The notes: generated from the sequence alone by a model not told the origin. A DNA stretch of 64,000 nucleotides from an uncultured Actinomycetota bacterium (GCA_963770565.1 CAVYQE010000001.1:992001-1056000); one strand, 5' to 3'; shown: positions 28,369 through 38,336, numbered from the stretch's first letter. Translations and numbers: made by a program.

Positions 28369-28416
28369 CCGCGGGGTCGGCCTGCGACCGGATAAGGGAG
28401 AAGGCCGGCCCCGCGG
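28369..28416. terminator. Inverted repeat between convergent genes
   Basis: CCGCGGGGTCGGCCT ... AGGCCGGCCCCGCGG. Confidence 0.65.
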
Positions 28417-28431
28417 AGCGGGTCTGTGCGG

Positions 28432-30261
28432 TTAGCCGACGCCGACGGTCCGAAGATCGACGATGCCGAAGTTGGGCTCGATGTAGACGTTCTTCAACCG
28501 GCTGCTGAAGATGTCGAGCGCCTTGTCGTAGGTGAACGGTGCGTCACACGCGTCCTTGAGGACCGTCTGGTCGACCTGCTGCCAGTACGGGTACTCGGCG
28601 GCCGGCGTGGTCTGCTGCACTGCCTTGTTGATCAGTGCGGTGATCTTCGGGTCCTTGCAGGCGCCGTAGTTGGCGTTGCCCTGCGGCAGGATCTTGCGCG
28701 GGTCGACGATGTTCTCGTAGTACCCGTAGGGTGCCGGCCAGTCCGGGCCCCAGCCTGCGAACGCCAGGCCGTAACCGTCCTTCTTGATGTTCGCCGGAAC
28801 GCCGACCACCGACGAGTAGTACGTCGCTGGGTCGAAGGTCTTGATGGTCGCGGTAATCCCGACCGCCTTCAGATCGTTCTGCAGGAACTGCGCCTGCTGC
28901 GGACCCTTGCCCTGGTTGGTGACGACGATCGTGGTGTGGAAGCCGTTCGGCTTCCCGCAGAGCGAGAGCTGCTGCTTGGCCTTCGCCACGTCGGCGGAGC
29001 CCGCCGGAGTCGTGGGATACAGGTCGTAGTCCTTGAAGCCGGCCAATGTGGGCGGTCCGAGGGTGGTGGCGATCGCGCCACCGTAGACGCCACCACGCGC
29101 GTCCTGCTGCTCGGTCTTGCTCATCGCCCATTCGATCGCCTGCCGGCAGTGAACGTTGTTGAACGGCGGGCTCTCGGAAAGGATCGCGACATAGCGGGTG
29201 AAACCGTCGATCGGGTCCAGACTGCGGGCCTTCAATGACGGCGTTGACAGGATCTTGGCCTGGCTGGCCGGCTGCACCCCGGTGCCACCGATGTCGAGGT
29301 CCTGCGTATTAGCGATGATCGTGCTGTCCAGAGTGGGCTGGTCGAAGCTGGTGGTGATGTTCACCTTGTCGGGCAGTGCAGTCCGGGTCGAGTCGGTGGC
29401 CTTGTTCCACTGGGGGTTGCGGACCAGGTCGATGTGCTTGTTCGGCACGTACGACGCGACCTTGTAGGGGCCGGTCGCCTGGACGTTGTTGTTGTAGTTC
29501 GCACCACCGGTCTTCGGGTTCTGGTCGACGCTGACCTCGACCGGAGAGGTGCCGAACAACGTCATGACGTAGTTCCACTCCGCGAACGGCTGGTTCAGGT
29601 TGAACACGATCTTGGTTGCACTAGGCGTCTGAATCGTGGACAAGCCGTAGACCGCGGCCTTGTTCGTGTACGGGCCGCTGTATTTCGAGCAGGCACCCGA
29701 CGCATTGAGGCCGCCCGGGCACAGGAACGTGGCGAAGTAGGTCGGACCACCGTTGATCACGCTGGTCGCGAACGTCCGCTCGATCGCGTACTTGATGGAC
29801 TTCGACGTCACCGGGGTGCCGTCCTGGAACTTGATCCCCGGCCTCAGGGTGTAGGACCAGGTCTTGTCACCGTTGGTCGGCGTCGCCGGGGCGGTCGCAA
29901 TGTCACCGGTCGGCTGAAGCGCCTTCGCGCCGACCCCGTCGGGATAGGTCAGCAGGGTCCGGTTGATGAGCTGGTGAATGTCCCAGCTGAACGCGTAGTA
30001 GGTCCGCGCCGGGTCCATGTAGTCGACGTCGCCGGCCACGCCGACGTTGAGGGTGCCGCCCTTGACGGTGGAGGGGTTGAGCGGCACCTTGGCCGCGAAG
30101 CCGCCGCCTGTGCCGAGTACGTTGCCCTGGATCTGGGCGGGCTTCGAGCCGCCGCTCGGTGGCGGCGAGCTGCCGGAACCGCTGCTGCCGCAGGCCGCCA
30201 GACCCAGCGTCATCGCGATGACGGTGGCGGCAAACCCGGTAGTCGTTCTGGTTCGTAGCAT
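28432..30261 (-). CDS. Oligopeptide ABC transporter substrate-binding lipoprotein (BldKB/OppA family)
   Basis: Lipobox LAAC, DYMDPARTY, TLRPGIKFQDGTPVTS and WGPDWP motifs. Confidence 0.9.
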   Translation of the reverse strand: MLRTRTTTGFAATVIAMTLGLAACGSSGSGSSPPPSGGSKPAQIQGNVLGTGGGFAAKVPLNPSTVKGGTLNVGVAGDVDYMDPARTYYAFSWDIHQLINRTLLTYPDGVGAKALQPTGDIATAPATPTNGDKTWSYTLRPGIKFQDGTPVTSKSIKYAIERTFATSVINGGPTYFATFLCPGGLNASGACSKYSGPYTNKAAVYGLSTIQTPSATKIVFNLNQPFAEWNYVMTLFGTSPVEVSVDQNPKTGGANYNNNVQATGPYKVASYVPNKHIDLVRNPQWNKATDSTRTALPDKVNITTSFDQPTLDSTIIANTQDLDIGGTGVQPASQAKILSTPSLKARSLDPIDGFTRYVAILSESPPFNNVHCRQAIEWAMSKTEQQDARGGVYGGAIATTLGPPTLAGFKDYDLYPTTPAGSADVAKAKQQLSLCGKPNGFHTTIVVTNQGKGPQQAQFLQNDLKAVGITATIKTFDPATYYSSVVGVPANIKKDGYGLAFAGWGPDWPAPYGYYENIVDPRKILPQGNANYGACKDPKITALINKAVQQTTPAAEYPYWQQVDQTVLKDACDAPFTYDKALDIFSSRLKNVYIEPNFGIVDLRTVGVG

Positions 30262-30688
30262 GACTGTCCCTTCACGACATTCACCTGCATCGAGTCGGCA
30301 TCGTCGGCCAACCGAGGACGCAACATAAGGCCGCGAGGGCTGCGATTGCGGGTGGTGGCGCAACCGCCGTCGAACCGAGACGCGACGGTGACGTTGTTCA
30401 TTTTTCGGTGTCGGAACCGGCACGAAAACGAGACGTGGCGGTGATCTTCCGGGCCGATCGACCTCCGCGATGCCCTCGAACCGACGGTCCGGACGATCTG
30501 CGTCGAGTGGGCGTGATGTCGGGAGCGGGAGGCGATTTGGTCACGGCGATGTCACAGGTTCGAATCGGTCCGCCAACAAGTGATCATCACTGAGCGTCAG
30601 CCGCACCGCCGGCACCCTACAGGCCGTTGACTGACGCGACGACGACTTGTCAGTCTTCGCTCGCCACGACACGACGGAGGGACGATTC

Positions 30689-31045
30689 GTGGACGATGTC
30701 GCCACCCTAACCGAGCTCAACCGACAGGTTGTCGAGGCCTTTCAGCGTGGATCAGCGGAGGAACTGCGAGAACTGTTCTCACCGTCGTTCACTTATCTCG
30801 ACGGTGCGACCGGTGAGGTGTGGTGCGCCAACCAATTCCTGCAGGACGTCGTCGACCATCCGTCGCCCACGGTCCGGTTCGACCAACTCGTCATCCATGT
30901 CGACGGCAACACCGCGGCAGTGTCCGCGCGCTCGCTTCGACTCCCCAACTCGAGCCGCCGCTACCTCGACACCTACGAGCGCCGCAACGGCGGGTGGGAG
31001 TGCGTCCACTCCTGCGCCTGGCCGCTGGAGACACGCCTGCCCTGA
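30689..31045 (+). CDS. NTF2-like/DUF4440 family protein
   Basis: L.ELN...AF..G...F.YLDG.TGE...VDGNTAAVSAR...RYLDTYERR.G.W.CV pattern. Confidence 0.7.
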   Translation: MDDVATLTELNRQVVEAFQRGSAEELRELFSPSFTYLDGATGEVWCANQFLQDVVDHPSPTVRFDQLVIHVDGNTAAVSARSLRLPNSSRRYLDTYERRNGGWECVHSCAWPLETRLP

Positions 31046-31060
31046 CCGGAAGGGTCACCT

Positions 31061-32071
31061 GTGATTCGCTTCCTTGTCCGCCGCACCGTCGGCGCCGCCG
31101 TCGTGCTGGTCGTGATCTCCATCATCACCTTCTGGCTGTTCTACGCGCTGCCGAAGATGCTCAACGCGAACCCGGCCGCGCTGTACGCCGGTCGCAGCCC
31201 TAGTCCGGCGACGATCGCCGCGGTGTCGCAGAAGCTCGGCTTGGACAAGCCGTTCTGGACGCAGTACTGGGACTTCCTCAAGGGCATCTTCGTCGGCCGG
31301 ACCTACGGCACTGGGGTCGCGGCCAACGTCTGTCATCGCCCGTGTCTGGGGTTCTCGTTCATCAACAACGAGCCGGTCTGGTCGGAGATCATCTCCGACC
31401 TGCCGGTGGACATCTCGCTCGCGCTCGGCGCGTCGATCATCTGGCTGATCAGCGGGGTCGCCACCGGCGTGGTGTCGGCGCTTCGGAAGGCCAGCATCTT
31501 CGACCGGTCCGCGATGACGGTCGCGCTCGCCGGCGTCTCGCTGCCGATCTACTTCACCGGCCTGCTGTCGCTGGCCATCTTCAGCTATGGCCCGTCCTGG
31601 CTACGGATCCTTCCCAACGTGCACTTCGTGGGGATTACCGAGAACCCGCTGTCCTGGGCCCGCAACCTGATTCTGCCGTGGGTCTGCCTGGCCTTCACCT
31701 ATGCCGCGCTGTATGCCCGGCTGACCCGCGGCACGATGCTCGAAACCATGTCGGAGGACTACATCCGCACGGCCCGGGCAAAGGGCCTCTCCGAGCACGG
31801 TGTCATCGTCCGGCACGGCCTGCGCGCGGCAATCACGCCGATCGTCACGATCTTCGGGCTGGATCTCGGGCTGCTGCTCGGCGGCTCCGTCCTGGTCGAG
31901 CAGGTCTTCGGCTTCGTCGGCATCGGCAAGCTGGCGATCATCTCGATCGGAAGCCGTGACCTGCCCGTCGTCCTGGGCGTGACGCTCTTCGCCGCCTTCT
32001 TCGTCGTCGTCGCGAACATCATCGTCGACGTCGTCTATGCCTACATCGATCCGAGAGTCGCCGTCGCCTGA
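31061..32071 (+). CDS. Oligopeptide ABC transporter permease (DppB/BldKC family)
   Basis: LGLDKP..TQY, YARLTR..MLE.M.EDYIRTARAKGL and DLPVVLG motifs. Confidence 0.92.
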   Translation: MIRFLVRRTVGAAVVLVVISIITFWLFYALPKMLNANPAALYAGRSPSPATIAAVSQKLGLDKPFWTQYWDFLKGIFVGRTYGTGVAANVCHRPCLGFSFINNEPVWSEIISDLPVDISLALGASIIWLISGVATGVVSALRKASIFDRSAMTVALAGVSLPIYFTGLLSLAIFSYGPSWLRILPNVHFVGITENPLSWARNLILPWVCLAFTYAALYARLTRGTMLETMSEDYIRTARAKGLSEHGVIVRHGLRAAITPIVTIFGLDLGLLLGGSVLVEQVFGFVGIGKLAIISIGSRDLPVVLGVTLFAAFFVVVANIIVDVVYAYIDPRVAVA

Positions 32072-32080
32072 GCTTCCCAA

Positions 32081-32123
32081 CGAGAAGGGCCGGCAGTAGC
32101 ACCACTACTGCCGGCCCTTCTCG
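32081..32123. terminator. Perfect 19-bp-stem hairpin between convergent genes
   Basis: CGAGAAGGGCCGGCAGTAG-CACCA-CTACTGCCGGCCCTTCTCG. Confidence 0.85.
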
Positions 32124-32132
32124 TCTGAGCGG

Positions 32133-33233
32133 TCAGCCGTCGCTGCCGCCGCCGTGACCGTGTTCGCCACCGTCGTTGTGACCACAGGGGTGGTCGTCGT
32201 GGTGGTTGAACGCGAACGCAACCTCAGGGATGAGCTGGTTCGTGCCTTCGGCCAGGGTGCCGATGAGCAACAACTTGTCACCGGCGACGAGCTCGCTCGG
32301 AGTTGCACCGACGTCACCGTTCAGGGCCAGCGGCACACCGGTCAGCGACACCGTGGTCGTGGTGCCGCGGTCGCGCACCGTGACGTTGTCGCCGCTGACC
32401 GACTGGACCTCGCCGCGCATGAACGCCGGCGCGGCGGAGAAGGCGTAGATCGTCGACGCAACCACGGTGTCGTCCGTGACCTCACCGAGGATCGCAACGG
32501 TGTCGCCGACCGTGATGGCACCTTCTGCACCGTCGACGGTGATCGCGGCATTGGTGTCGTCAACGGTGATCTGGTGTCCGTGGTGGTCACCGTCCCCGTG
32601 GCCGTCACCATGACCGCCGCCGGTTCCGTGGTCGGCCGGCGTACTGTCCTCGCTGACCCCGTGGCCGTGGCCGTGGCAGTCCTTGCCGCGGTGGTGGTCG
32701 CCGTTGTCGCGATCGTTCTCCGACACGGTGAGGAAGTCGCCGTTGACCGCGGTTACCGTGCCGAAGAGCAGGGTGGCGGACTCCGATGACACCGACTCGC
32801 CGTCGTTGTGGCGGATTCGGAAGACGTGCCAGCTACCCTTGCCCCGCGCAACCAGTCGCAAGTGGTCGCCGGCCGGGATCTTGGTGCGGGCATGGGCCGA
32901 GTGCGCGAAGACCAGCTTGATCCGCTTGTTGTGCCGGGTCGTGCCGCCGACCGTCGCGGTCTTGGCGAACACGGTGACGGTCCGGCCGTGGTGGGCGGCC
33001 ACGAGGCCCTTGAGGACGAGTCGTTTGCTGTGGTGCCGGCCGGCCGGATGCTTGGCCGCCGGGTGGCGGGTGGCGGAGTGAGTCGATGCAGCGTGGTGCG
33101 CGACGCCGGCCGACGCGGCTGCGGGGATCGCGGATGCGACCGCGACCGCCAGCGAGAATCCGGCAATGGCGAGGGTGGGAACGAGCGCGGGCGCCCGATG
33201 GCGCCGCGAGTGTCGGTTGAACGTGCCTGACAT
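32133..33233 (-). CDS. Secreted His/Gly-rich protein with repeated small beta (DUF5666/OB-like) modules
   Basis: Signal peptide; repeated G.V..V.G....V and GD.V motifs; His-rich linkers; AGGAGG RBS. Confidence 0.7.
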   Translation of the reverse strand: MSGTFNRHSRRHRAPALVPTLAIAGFSLAVAVASAIPAAASAGVAHHAASTHSATRHPAAKHPAGRHHSKRLVLKGLVAAHHGRTVTVFAKTATVGGTTRHNKRIKLVFAHSAHARTKIPAGDHLRLVARGKGSWHVFRIRHNDGESVSSESATLLFGTVTAVNGDFLTVSENDRDNGDHHRGKDCHGHGHGVSEDSTPADHGTGGGHGDGHGDGDHHGHQITVDDTNAAITVDGAEGAITVGDTVAILGEVTDDTVVASTIYAFSAAPAFMRGEVQSVSGDNVTVRDRGTTTTVSLTGVPLALNGDVGATPSELVAGDKLLLIGTLAEGTNQLIPEVAFAFNHHDDHPCGHNDGGEHGHGGGSDG

Positions 33234-33380
33234 GAAGTCCTCCTGGCTAGGTCGGTTACGCGCTGACCTTCACGGCTGTCATCGCCGGTGGCCGCCCCGG
33301 GGATACGGGCAGGGGCGGCTTCGGGGTCGGCAAACGGGTGAACCTGGTGGGATCGCCGCTGGCCGGGGAGGATCTGCGTT

Positions 33381-33656
33381 ATGCGGGTACGACGCGAGCG
33401 GGTGCCACCTCGGCCGCGCCTGGACTACCACGACCCCACGGCCGGGATCGGCGGTGCGGCGCCGGCGGCGAGCGCGCTCACCCTGCGGCTGTGGCTGGCC
33501 TCCGCCGCCGTGATCGGATCTCTCGCGGCGATCGGCCTGACCGTTGCCGTCGGCGGCCCGGGCTGGTTGGTCGTCGTACTCGCCCTGGCCGCGCTGTCGG
33601 CGGTCGTGGACCTGGTCGTGATCACGCGCCGGAAGCGGGCCGGCGAGGCGGGATGA
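33381..33656 (+). CDS. Small two-TM membrane protein (DUF6343-like)
   Basis: SALTLRLWLA ... VVDLVVITRRKR pattern. Confidence 0.65.
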   Translation: MRVRRERVPPRPRLDYHDPTAGIGGAAPAASALTLRLWLASAAVIGSLAAIGLTVAVGGPGWLVVVLALAALSAVVDLVVITRRKRAGEAG

Positions 33657-33658
33657 GA

Positions 33659-33874
33659 TCAGCCGTCGGGAATCAGCCGGCGCACCCGTTCGATCACCGA
33701 GTCGAGATCGGCCGAGGAGTCGGCCGCCAGCCCGACGAGCAGGCAGGTCAGCGGCGCGGCCGGACGCGCGACGCCGTGGGCGACGTCACGGGCGAGGTCG
33801 AGGACCGCGTTGACCTCGATCGGGCCGAGACCGAGCTCGCGGCTCACCGTCTCGACCCACTCGTCAAGCGTCAC
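33659..33874 (-). CDS. DUF6457-like small protein, often next to mobA
   Basis: MTLDEWV...VLDLARDVAHGVARPAAPLT; GTGA overlap with mobA. Confidence 0.75.
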   Translation of the reverse strand: MTLDEWVETVSRELGLGPIEVNAVLDLARDVAHGVARPAAPLTCLLVGLAADSSADLDSVIERVRRLIPDG

Positions 33875-34440
33875 GCCAGCTCCTCGGCCCGGCTCAGGTC
33901 GGCCGGGGTGTCGCAGTCCAATGTCGCCGGGCGGTCTCCGTCCAGGCCCAGCCGGTGGACCGCTCCGGTTCGCTCGAGCTCGGCGAGCAGTGATCGCATC
34001 GGCATCCCTGACGGTACGTCGGGACACGCCGTGCGCAGGCGGGCGGTGTCGTAGCAGCCGATCAGCGGCTGGTCCTGACCGGACTCGTCGACCGCGATCG
34101 CGGCCGCGTCATGGCCCTTTGCGAGCCGGAGCGTGTCGATCGCAGCTGCGGAGATGAAGGGCAGGTCGGCTGCCAGCACGACGACGGTCGGGGCCTCAAC
34201 CAGCGCGAGTCCGGCCGCCAGGGCGGCGACCGGCCCGCCGCCCGGTGGGTCCTCGCGGGTCCAGGTCACGTCGTGCGAGGTGGGCAGCGTCGGTCCGACC
34301 ACGATCGTCGTCGCCGCGCCGGACAACGCGTCGAGCGCGACGTCGAGCAGCCGCCGTCCGCCGACCGTGGCCGCGGGTTTGATGATGCCGCCGAGTCGTC
34401 GGGCTTCGCCACCGGCGAGGACGATCCCGTCGAAACTCAT
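33871..34440 (-). CDS. mobA: Molybdenum cofactor guanylyltransferase
   Basis: GIVLAGGEARRLGG.K, REDPPGGGP, LAADLP and DCDT motifs. Confidence 0.85.
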   Translation of the reverse strand: MSFDGIVLAGGEARRLGGIIKPAATVGGRRLLDVALDALSGAATTIVVGPTLPTSHDVTWTREDPPGGGPVAALAAGLALVEAPTVVVLAADLPFISAAAIDTLRLAKGHDAAAIAVDESGQDQPLIGCYDTARLRTACPDVPSGMPMRSLLAELERTGAVHRLGLDGDRPATLDCDTPADLSRAEELA

Positions 34441-34447
34441 CGTGACG

Positions 34448-36763
34448 TCACGAAGGGGGCACTGCGTGCGACCGGGCCGGCTCGAGTCGCAGCACGATCG
34501 CCTTCGACGTCGGCGTACCGCTCCGGTCCGCCTGGCTGTCGAGCGGGACGAGCGAGTTGGCCTCCGGGAAGTACGCGGCGGCGCAACCACGAGCGGTGGG
34601 GAACGCGATGACCCGGAAGTGCTCCGCGATCCGGTCGACGCCGTCGCTCCACTCCGAGTGCAGGTCGACCACGTCGCCGTCGGCGAACCCGACCTCAGCC
34701 AGGTCGTCCGGGTTCACGAACACCACCCGCCGACCCTTGCGGACGCCGCGGTAGCGGTCATCGAGCCCGTAGATCGTGGTGTTGAACTGGTCGTGCGAGC
34801 GCACAGTCTGCAACAGCAGCCGGCCGGGTGGGCAGCGCGGCCACTCCAGCGGGTTAACCGTGATCTCGGCCCGCCCGCTCTTGGTCGGCCAGCGGCGCTC
34901 GTCCCTCGGCGGATGCGGAAGCACGAAGCCCTCAGGCTCGCGGACCCGCCGGTTGTAGTCCTCGCAACCGGGGACCACCCTGGCGATCCGGTCGCGGATC
35001 GCGTCGTAGTCGGCCTCGAAGTCCTTCCACGGCACCGGGCTGGTGTCGCCGAACATCCGCTGGGCCAGCTGGCAGACGATCGCCACCTCCGACCGCAGCG
35101 ACGGCGACGCCGGCTCCAGCTTGCCGTTCGAGGCGTGCACGCGGCAGACCGTGTCCTCGACGCTGACGAACTGCTCGCGGCCGGCCTGCCGGTCGACCTC
35201 GGTCCGGCCGAGTGCCGGCAGGATCAGTGCTTCCTCACCGGTGATGCCGTGCGAGTGGTTGAGCTTGGTGGATACCTGCACGGTCAGCCGGGTACGGCGA
35301 AACGCCGCCTCGGTCGCGACTGTGTCGGAGTTGGCGGCGGCGAAGTTGCCGCCCATCGCCATGAAGACTTTGATGGCGCCGTCGCGCATGTGTCGCACCG
35401 AGTCGACGACGTCGGTGCCGTACTCGCGCGGGAAGCTCATCCCGAACTCGCCTTCGAGCGCGTCGATGAACGCAGCGGTCGGGCGCTCCCAGATACCCAT
35501 CGTGCGGTCGCCCTGCACGTTGCTGTGCCCGCGGATCGGCGAGACGCCTGCACCCGGCTTGCCGATGTTGCCCCGCAGCAGGAGCAGGTTGACGATCTCC
35601 TGGATCGTCACGACGGCGTGCTTGTGCTGGGTCAGGCCCATCGCCCAGCAGATGATGACGCGGTCGGCACTGATGTAGCGCTGCGCGAGCTCGTCGATCT
35701 CCGCCGCCCTGAGGCCGGTTGCCTCCAGTACGTCGGCTTCGGAGAGCTGGCCGAGATGGGCCCGGAACTCCGGCAGGCCGCGGGTGTGCTCGGCGAGGAA
35801 GGCGTGGTCGAGGATCGATCCGGGCGCGCGGTCGTCGGCGTCGATCACCCGCCGGCTGACGGCCTGCATCAAGGCCATGTCGCCGCCGAGCCGGAGCTGG
35901 AGGAACTGGTCGGCGATCTGGGTGCCTCGGCCCAGCACCCCAGACGGTCGCTGCGGGTTCTTGAACCGGATCAGACCCGGCTCCGGCAGCGGGTTGACGG
36001 CGACGATCGACGTACCCCCGCGCTTGGCTTCTTCAAGCGCGGTCAGCATGCGCGGATGGTTCGTCCCGGGGTTCTGGCCCATGATGATGATCAGGTCCGA
36101 CTTGGCGAAATCTTCGTAGCTGACGCTCGACTTCCCGACTCCGATGCTCTCGCCGAGGGCGACGCCGGTGCTCTCGTGGCACATGTTGGAGCAGTCCGGA
36201 AGGTTGTTCGTGCCGAACGCCCGCACGAACAGCTGGTAGACGAAGGCGGCTTCGTTGCTGGTGCGGCCCGAGGTGTAGAAGGCCGCCTGGTTGGGGGAGT
36301 CAAGCGCCTTGAGATGGTGCGCGATCACATCGAACGCGTCGTCCCACGACACCGGCTGGTAGTGATCGCTGCCGGCCGGCTTGTAGACCGGCTCGACCAG
36401 GCGGCCCTGCTGGCCCAGCCAGTACTCGCTGCGCTGAGCGAGGTCGCTGACCGGATGCTCGGCCCAGAACCCGGGCTCCACCCGGAGTACGTCGGCTTCC
36501 CACGCGGTCGCCTTGGCGCCGTTCTCGCAGAACTCGATGGTGTGGCGGTGCGGCGGGTCCGGCCACGCGCAGGAGGTGCAGTCGAACCCGTCCTCCTGGT
36601 TGACCCGGCGCAGCGTCTTGCTGCTTCGCCATGCGCCCATCTCTCGTTCCGCGTGCTGAAGGGCATGGATGACACCGGGTACGCCGGCCGCCCACTGCGG
36701 CGGCTTGCTGACCTTGAGGTCGTCGTCTGTGACGTCCTCGCGGATCCGCTTGCGGCGTGGCAT
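34448..36763 (-). CDS. FdhF/YdeP-family molybdopterin oxidoreductase
   Basis: GFDCTSCAWPD, FCENGAKA, FYTSGRTSNE, NNLPDCSNMCHE and RSHDQFNTTIYG motifs. Confidence 0.93.
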   Translation of the reverse strand: MPRRKRIREDVTDDDLKVSKPPQWAAGVPGVIHALQHAEREMGAWRSSKTLRRVNQEDGFDCTSCAWPDPPHRHTIEFCENGAKATAWEADVLRVEPGFWAEHPVSDLAQRSEYWLGQQGRLVEPVYKPAGSDHYQPVSWDDAFDVIAHHLKALDSPNQAAFYTSGRTSNEAAFVYQLFVRAFGTNNLPDCSNMCHESTGVALGESIGVGKSSVSYEDFAKSDLIIIMGQNPGTNHPRMLTALEEAKRGGTSIVAVNPLPEPGLIRFKNPQRPSGVLGRGTQIADQFLQLRLGGDMALMQAVSRRVIDADDRAPGSILDHAFLAEHTRGLPEFRAHLGQLSEADVLEATGLRAAEIDELAQRYISADRVIICWAMGLTQHKHAVVTIQEIVNLLLLRGNIGKPGAGVSPIRGHSNVQGDRTMGIWERPTAAFIDALEGEFGMSFPREYGTDVVDSVRHMRDGAIKVFMAMGGNFAAANSDTVATEAAFRRTRLTVQVSTKLNHSHGITGEEALILPALGRTEVDRQAGREQFVSVEDTVCRVHASNGKLEPASPSLRSEVAIVCQLAQRMFGDTSPVPWKDFEADYDAIRDRIARVVPGCEDYNRRVREPEGFVLPHPPRDERRWPTKSGRAEITVNPLEWPRCPPGRLLLQTVRSHDQFNTTIYGLDDRYRGVRKGRRVVFVNPDDLAEVGFADGDVVDLHSEWSDGVDRIAEHFRVIAFPTARGCAAAYFPEANSLVPLDSQADRSGTPTSKAIVLRLEPARSHAVPPS

Positions 36764-36777
36764 CGGGTCGACGCGCC

Positions 36778-37644
36778 TCAGCCGGTCACGGTCGAGATGA
36801 CCGGTCGGTCAGCAGAGTTGTGCACCCGGCCGGATCCGGCATAGATCACCATCGACGGACCTCGCAGGAAGCCGATCAGGGTCAGGCCGACCCGATCGGC
36901 CAGGTCGACGGCGAGTGCTGACGGAGCGGAAACCGCTGCCATTGCAGGGATACCGGCGACCGCTGCCTTCTGGGCGAGCTCGAACGATGCGCGGCCGGAC
37001 ACCAACAACAAGGTGGCGCGAAGCGGAAGTCGCCCCTCGCGCAATGCCCAGCCGACCACCTTGTCGACCGCGTTGTGCCGGCCGACGTCCTCGCGCAGGA
37101 CCAGCAGTTGCCCTGACGCGACGTCGAAGAGCGCGGCCGCATGCAAGCCGCCGGTCCGCTCGAAGACCTGCTGTGCCGCGCGCAGCTGATCGGGCAGGGT
37201 GGCGATCCACTCGGCGTCGAGGTTGGTCTCGTCGGCGCGCAGGTCGTACGGCGAGGTGACCTCTACGCCGTCGATCGTCGCCTTGCCGCACAGCCCGCAC
37301 GCACTGGTCGTCACCAACGCGCGTTGGAGCGACGTCGGCAGCTCGTCGATGTGCGTCGCGAGGTGGGCGTCCAGGACGTTATAGGTGTTGTGTCCCTCGT
37401 CGTCGACGCCCGCGCAGTAGCGCATCTCGCGGAGGTCTTCGCGATGCCGGATCACGCCTTCGCCGACCAGGAATCCGGCCAGCAGGTCCATGTCGTCGCC
37501 GGGCGTGCGCATCGTCACGGCGATCGCGCGGCCGCCGACCCGCATCTCGAGCGGTTCCTCGGCGACCAGTGTGTCCGGCGCGGTGACGGTCGGTTGGCCG
37601 ACGGTCACCCGTGACACCCGCCTGCTCACCGTTACCCGTCCCAC
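36778..37644 (-). CDS. fdhD: Formate dehydrogenase accessory sulfurtransferase
   Basis: EEPLE, MRTPG, CGLCG, TGGLHAA and REDVGRHNAVDK motifs. Confidence 0.93.
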   Translation of the reverse strand: MGRVTVSRRVSRVTVGQPTVTAPDTLVAEEPLEMRVGGRAIAVTMRTPGDDMDLLAGFLVGEGVIRHREDLREMRYCAGVDDEGHNTYNVLDAHLATHIDELPTSLQRALVTTSACGLCGKATIDGVEVTSPYDLRADETNLDAEWIATLPDQLRAAQQVFERTGGLHAAALFDVASGQLLVLREDVGRHNAVDKVVGWALREGRLPLRATLLLVSGRASFELAQKAAVAGIPAMAAVSAPSALAVDLADRVGLTLIGFLRGPSMVIYAGSGRVHNSADRPVISTVTG

Positions 37645-37698
37645 GCCCCAAGTGTGCCCCAGAGGCCGTTGGGTATGCCCGCCCGTCCGGCTCGTGGG

Positions 37699-38130
37699 CT
37701 AGCTGATCGGCTCGCAGACGACCACCGGGATCTCGCGATCGGTCTTGCGTTGGTAGCCGGCGTAGTTGGAGTGCGCCGAGGTGATCTGTGGCCACAGCTC
37801 GGCTCGCTCGTCAGAGTCGGCGATGTGGGCCCGCATCCTGCGGGTCGAACCCTCCATCGTGACCTCGACCTCGGGCGTCTTGCGCAGGTTCTGACACCAC
37901 GAAGGTTCGCGATCGTCGCCGCCGTTCGATGCGACCAGCATCACCTTGTCACCGAGCACCAGCGGCGAGGTCAGCATCGTCGGCCGAGGCTTGCCGCTGG
38001 TCCGACCGGTGGTGGTCAGCTGGAGTACCGGCATCCCCAACGCGCGACCACCGATCCGGCCTTTGCTGGCGTTGAACAGGCTCCGGTGCATGAGGGTGAC
38101 GCTGCGGGACAGCTCGTCTTTGACGTTCAT
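37699..38130 (-). CDS. Deazaflavin (F420)-dependent nitroreductase family protein
   Basis: LTTTGRTSGKPR, VASNGG...P.W..NL and YQRKTDREIPVV motifs. Confidence 0.9.
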   Translation of the reverse strand: MNVKDELSRSVTLMHRSLFNASKGRIGGRALGMPVLQLTTTGRTSGKPRPTMLTSPLVLGDKVMLVASNGGDDREPSWCQNLRKTPEVEVTMEGSTRRMRAHIADSDERAELWPQITSAHSNYAGYQRKTDREIPVVVCEPIS

Positions 38131-38236
38131 GGATCCATGATCGCGCACCGATTCGGCCGGTTGCCACTGGTGCGCGTTGTCCACGGGGACGGCGTTGGTT
38201 TCCGTTGTCCACAAAGGGCTTCTTCGTGCTGCCAGA

Positions 38237-38285
38237 TGTCGGCGGTCGGCAGTAGATTCTGTTTGGGAGTCGAACATACGTTCGA
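38237..38285 (+). promoter_or_regulatory. PafBC (RecA-NDp) type promoter plus LexA SOS box
   Basis: TGTCGG-N10-TAGATT at 38237-38258; TCGAACATACGTTCGA at 38270-38285. Confidence 0.75.
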
Positions 38286-38336
38286 TCAGCGGGCGCGTCG
38301 AGAGTCGCGTCCAAGTGCAGGGATGAGGTGAGGTCG

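Noticed and set aside
34448-36763. Selenocysteine-containing formate dehydrogenase
   Set aside because: No in-frame TGA; it has the Cys-type YdeP motif CSNMCHE.
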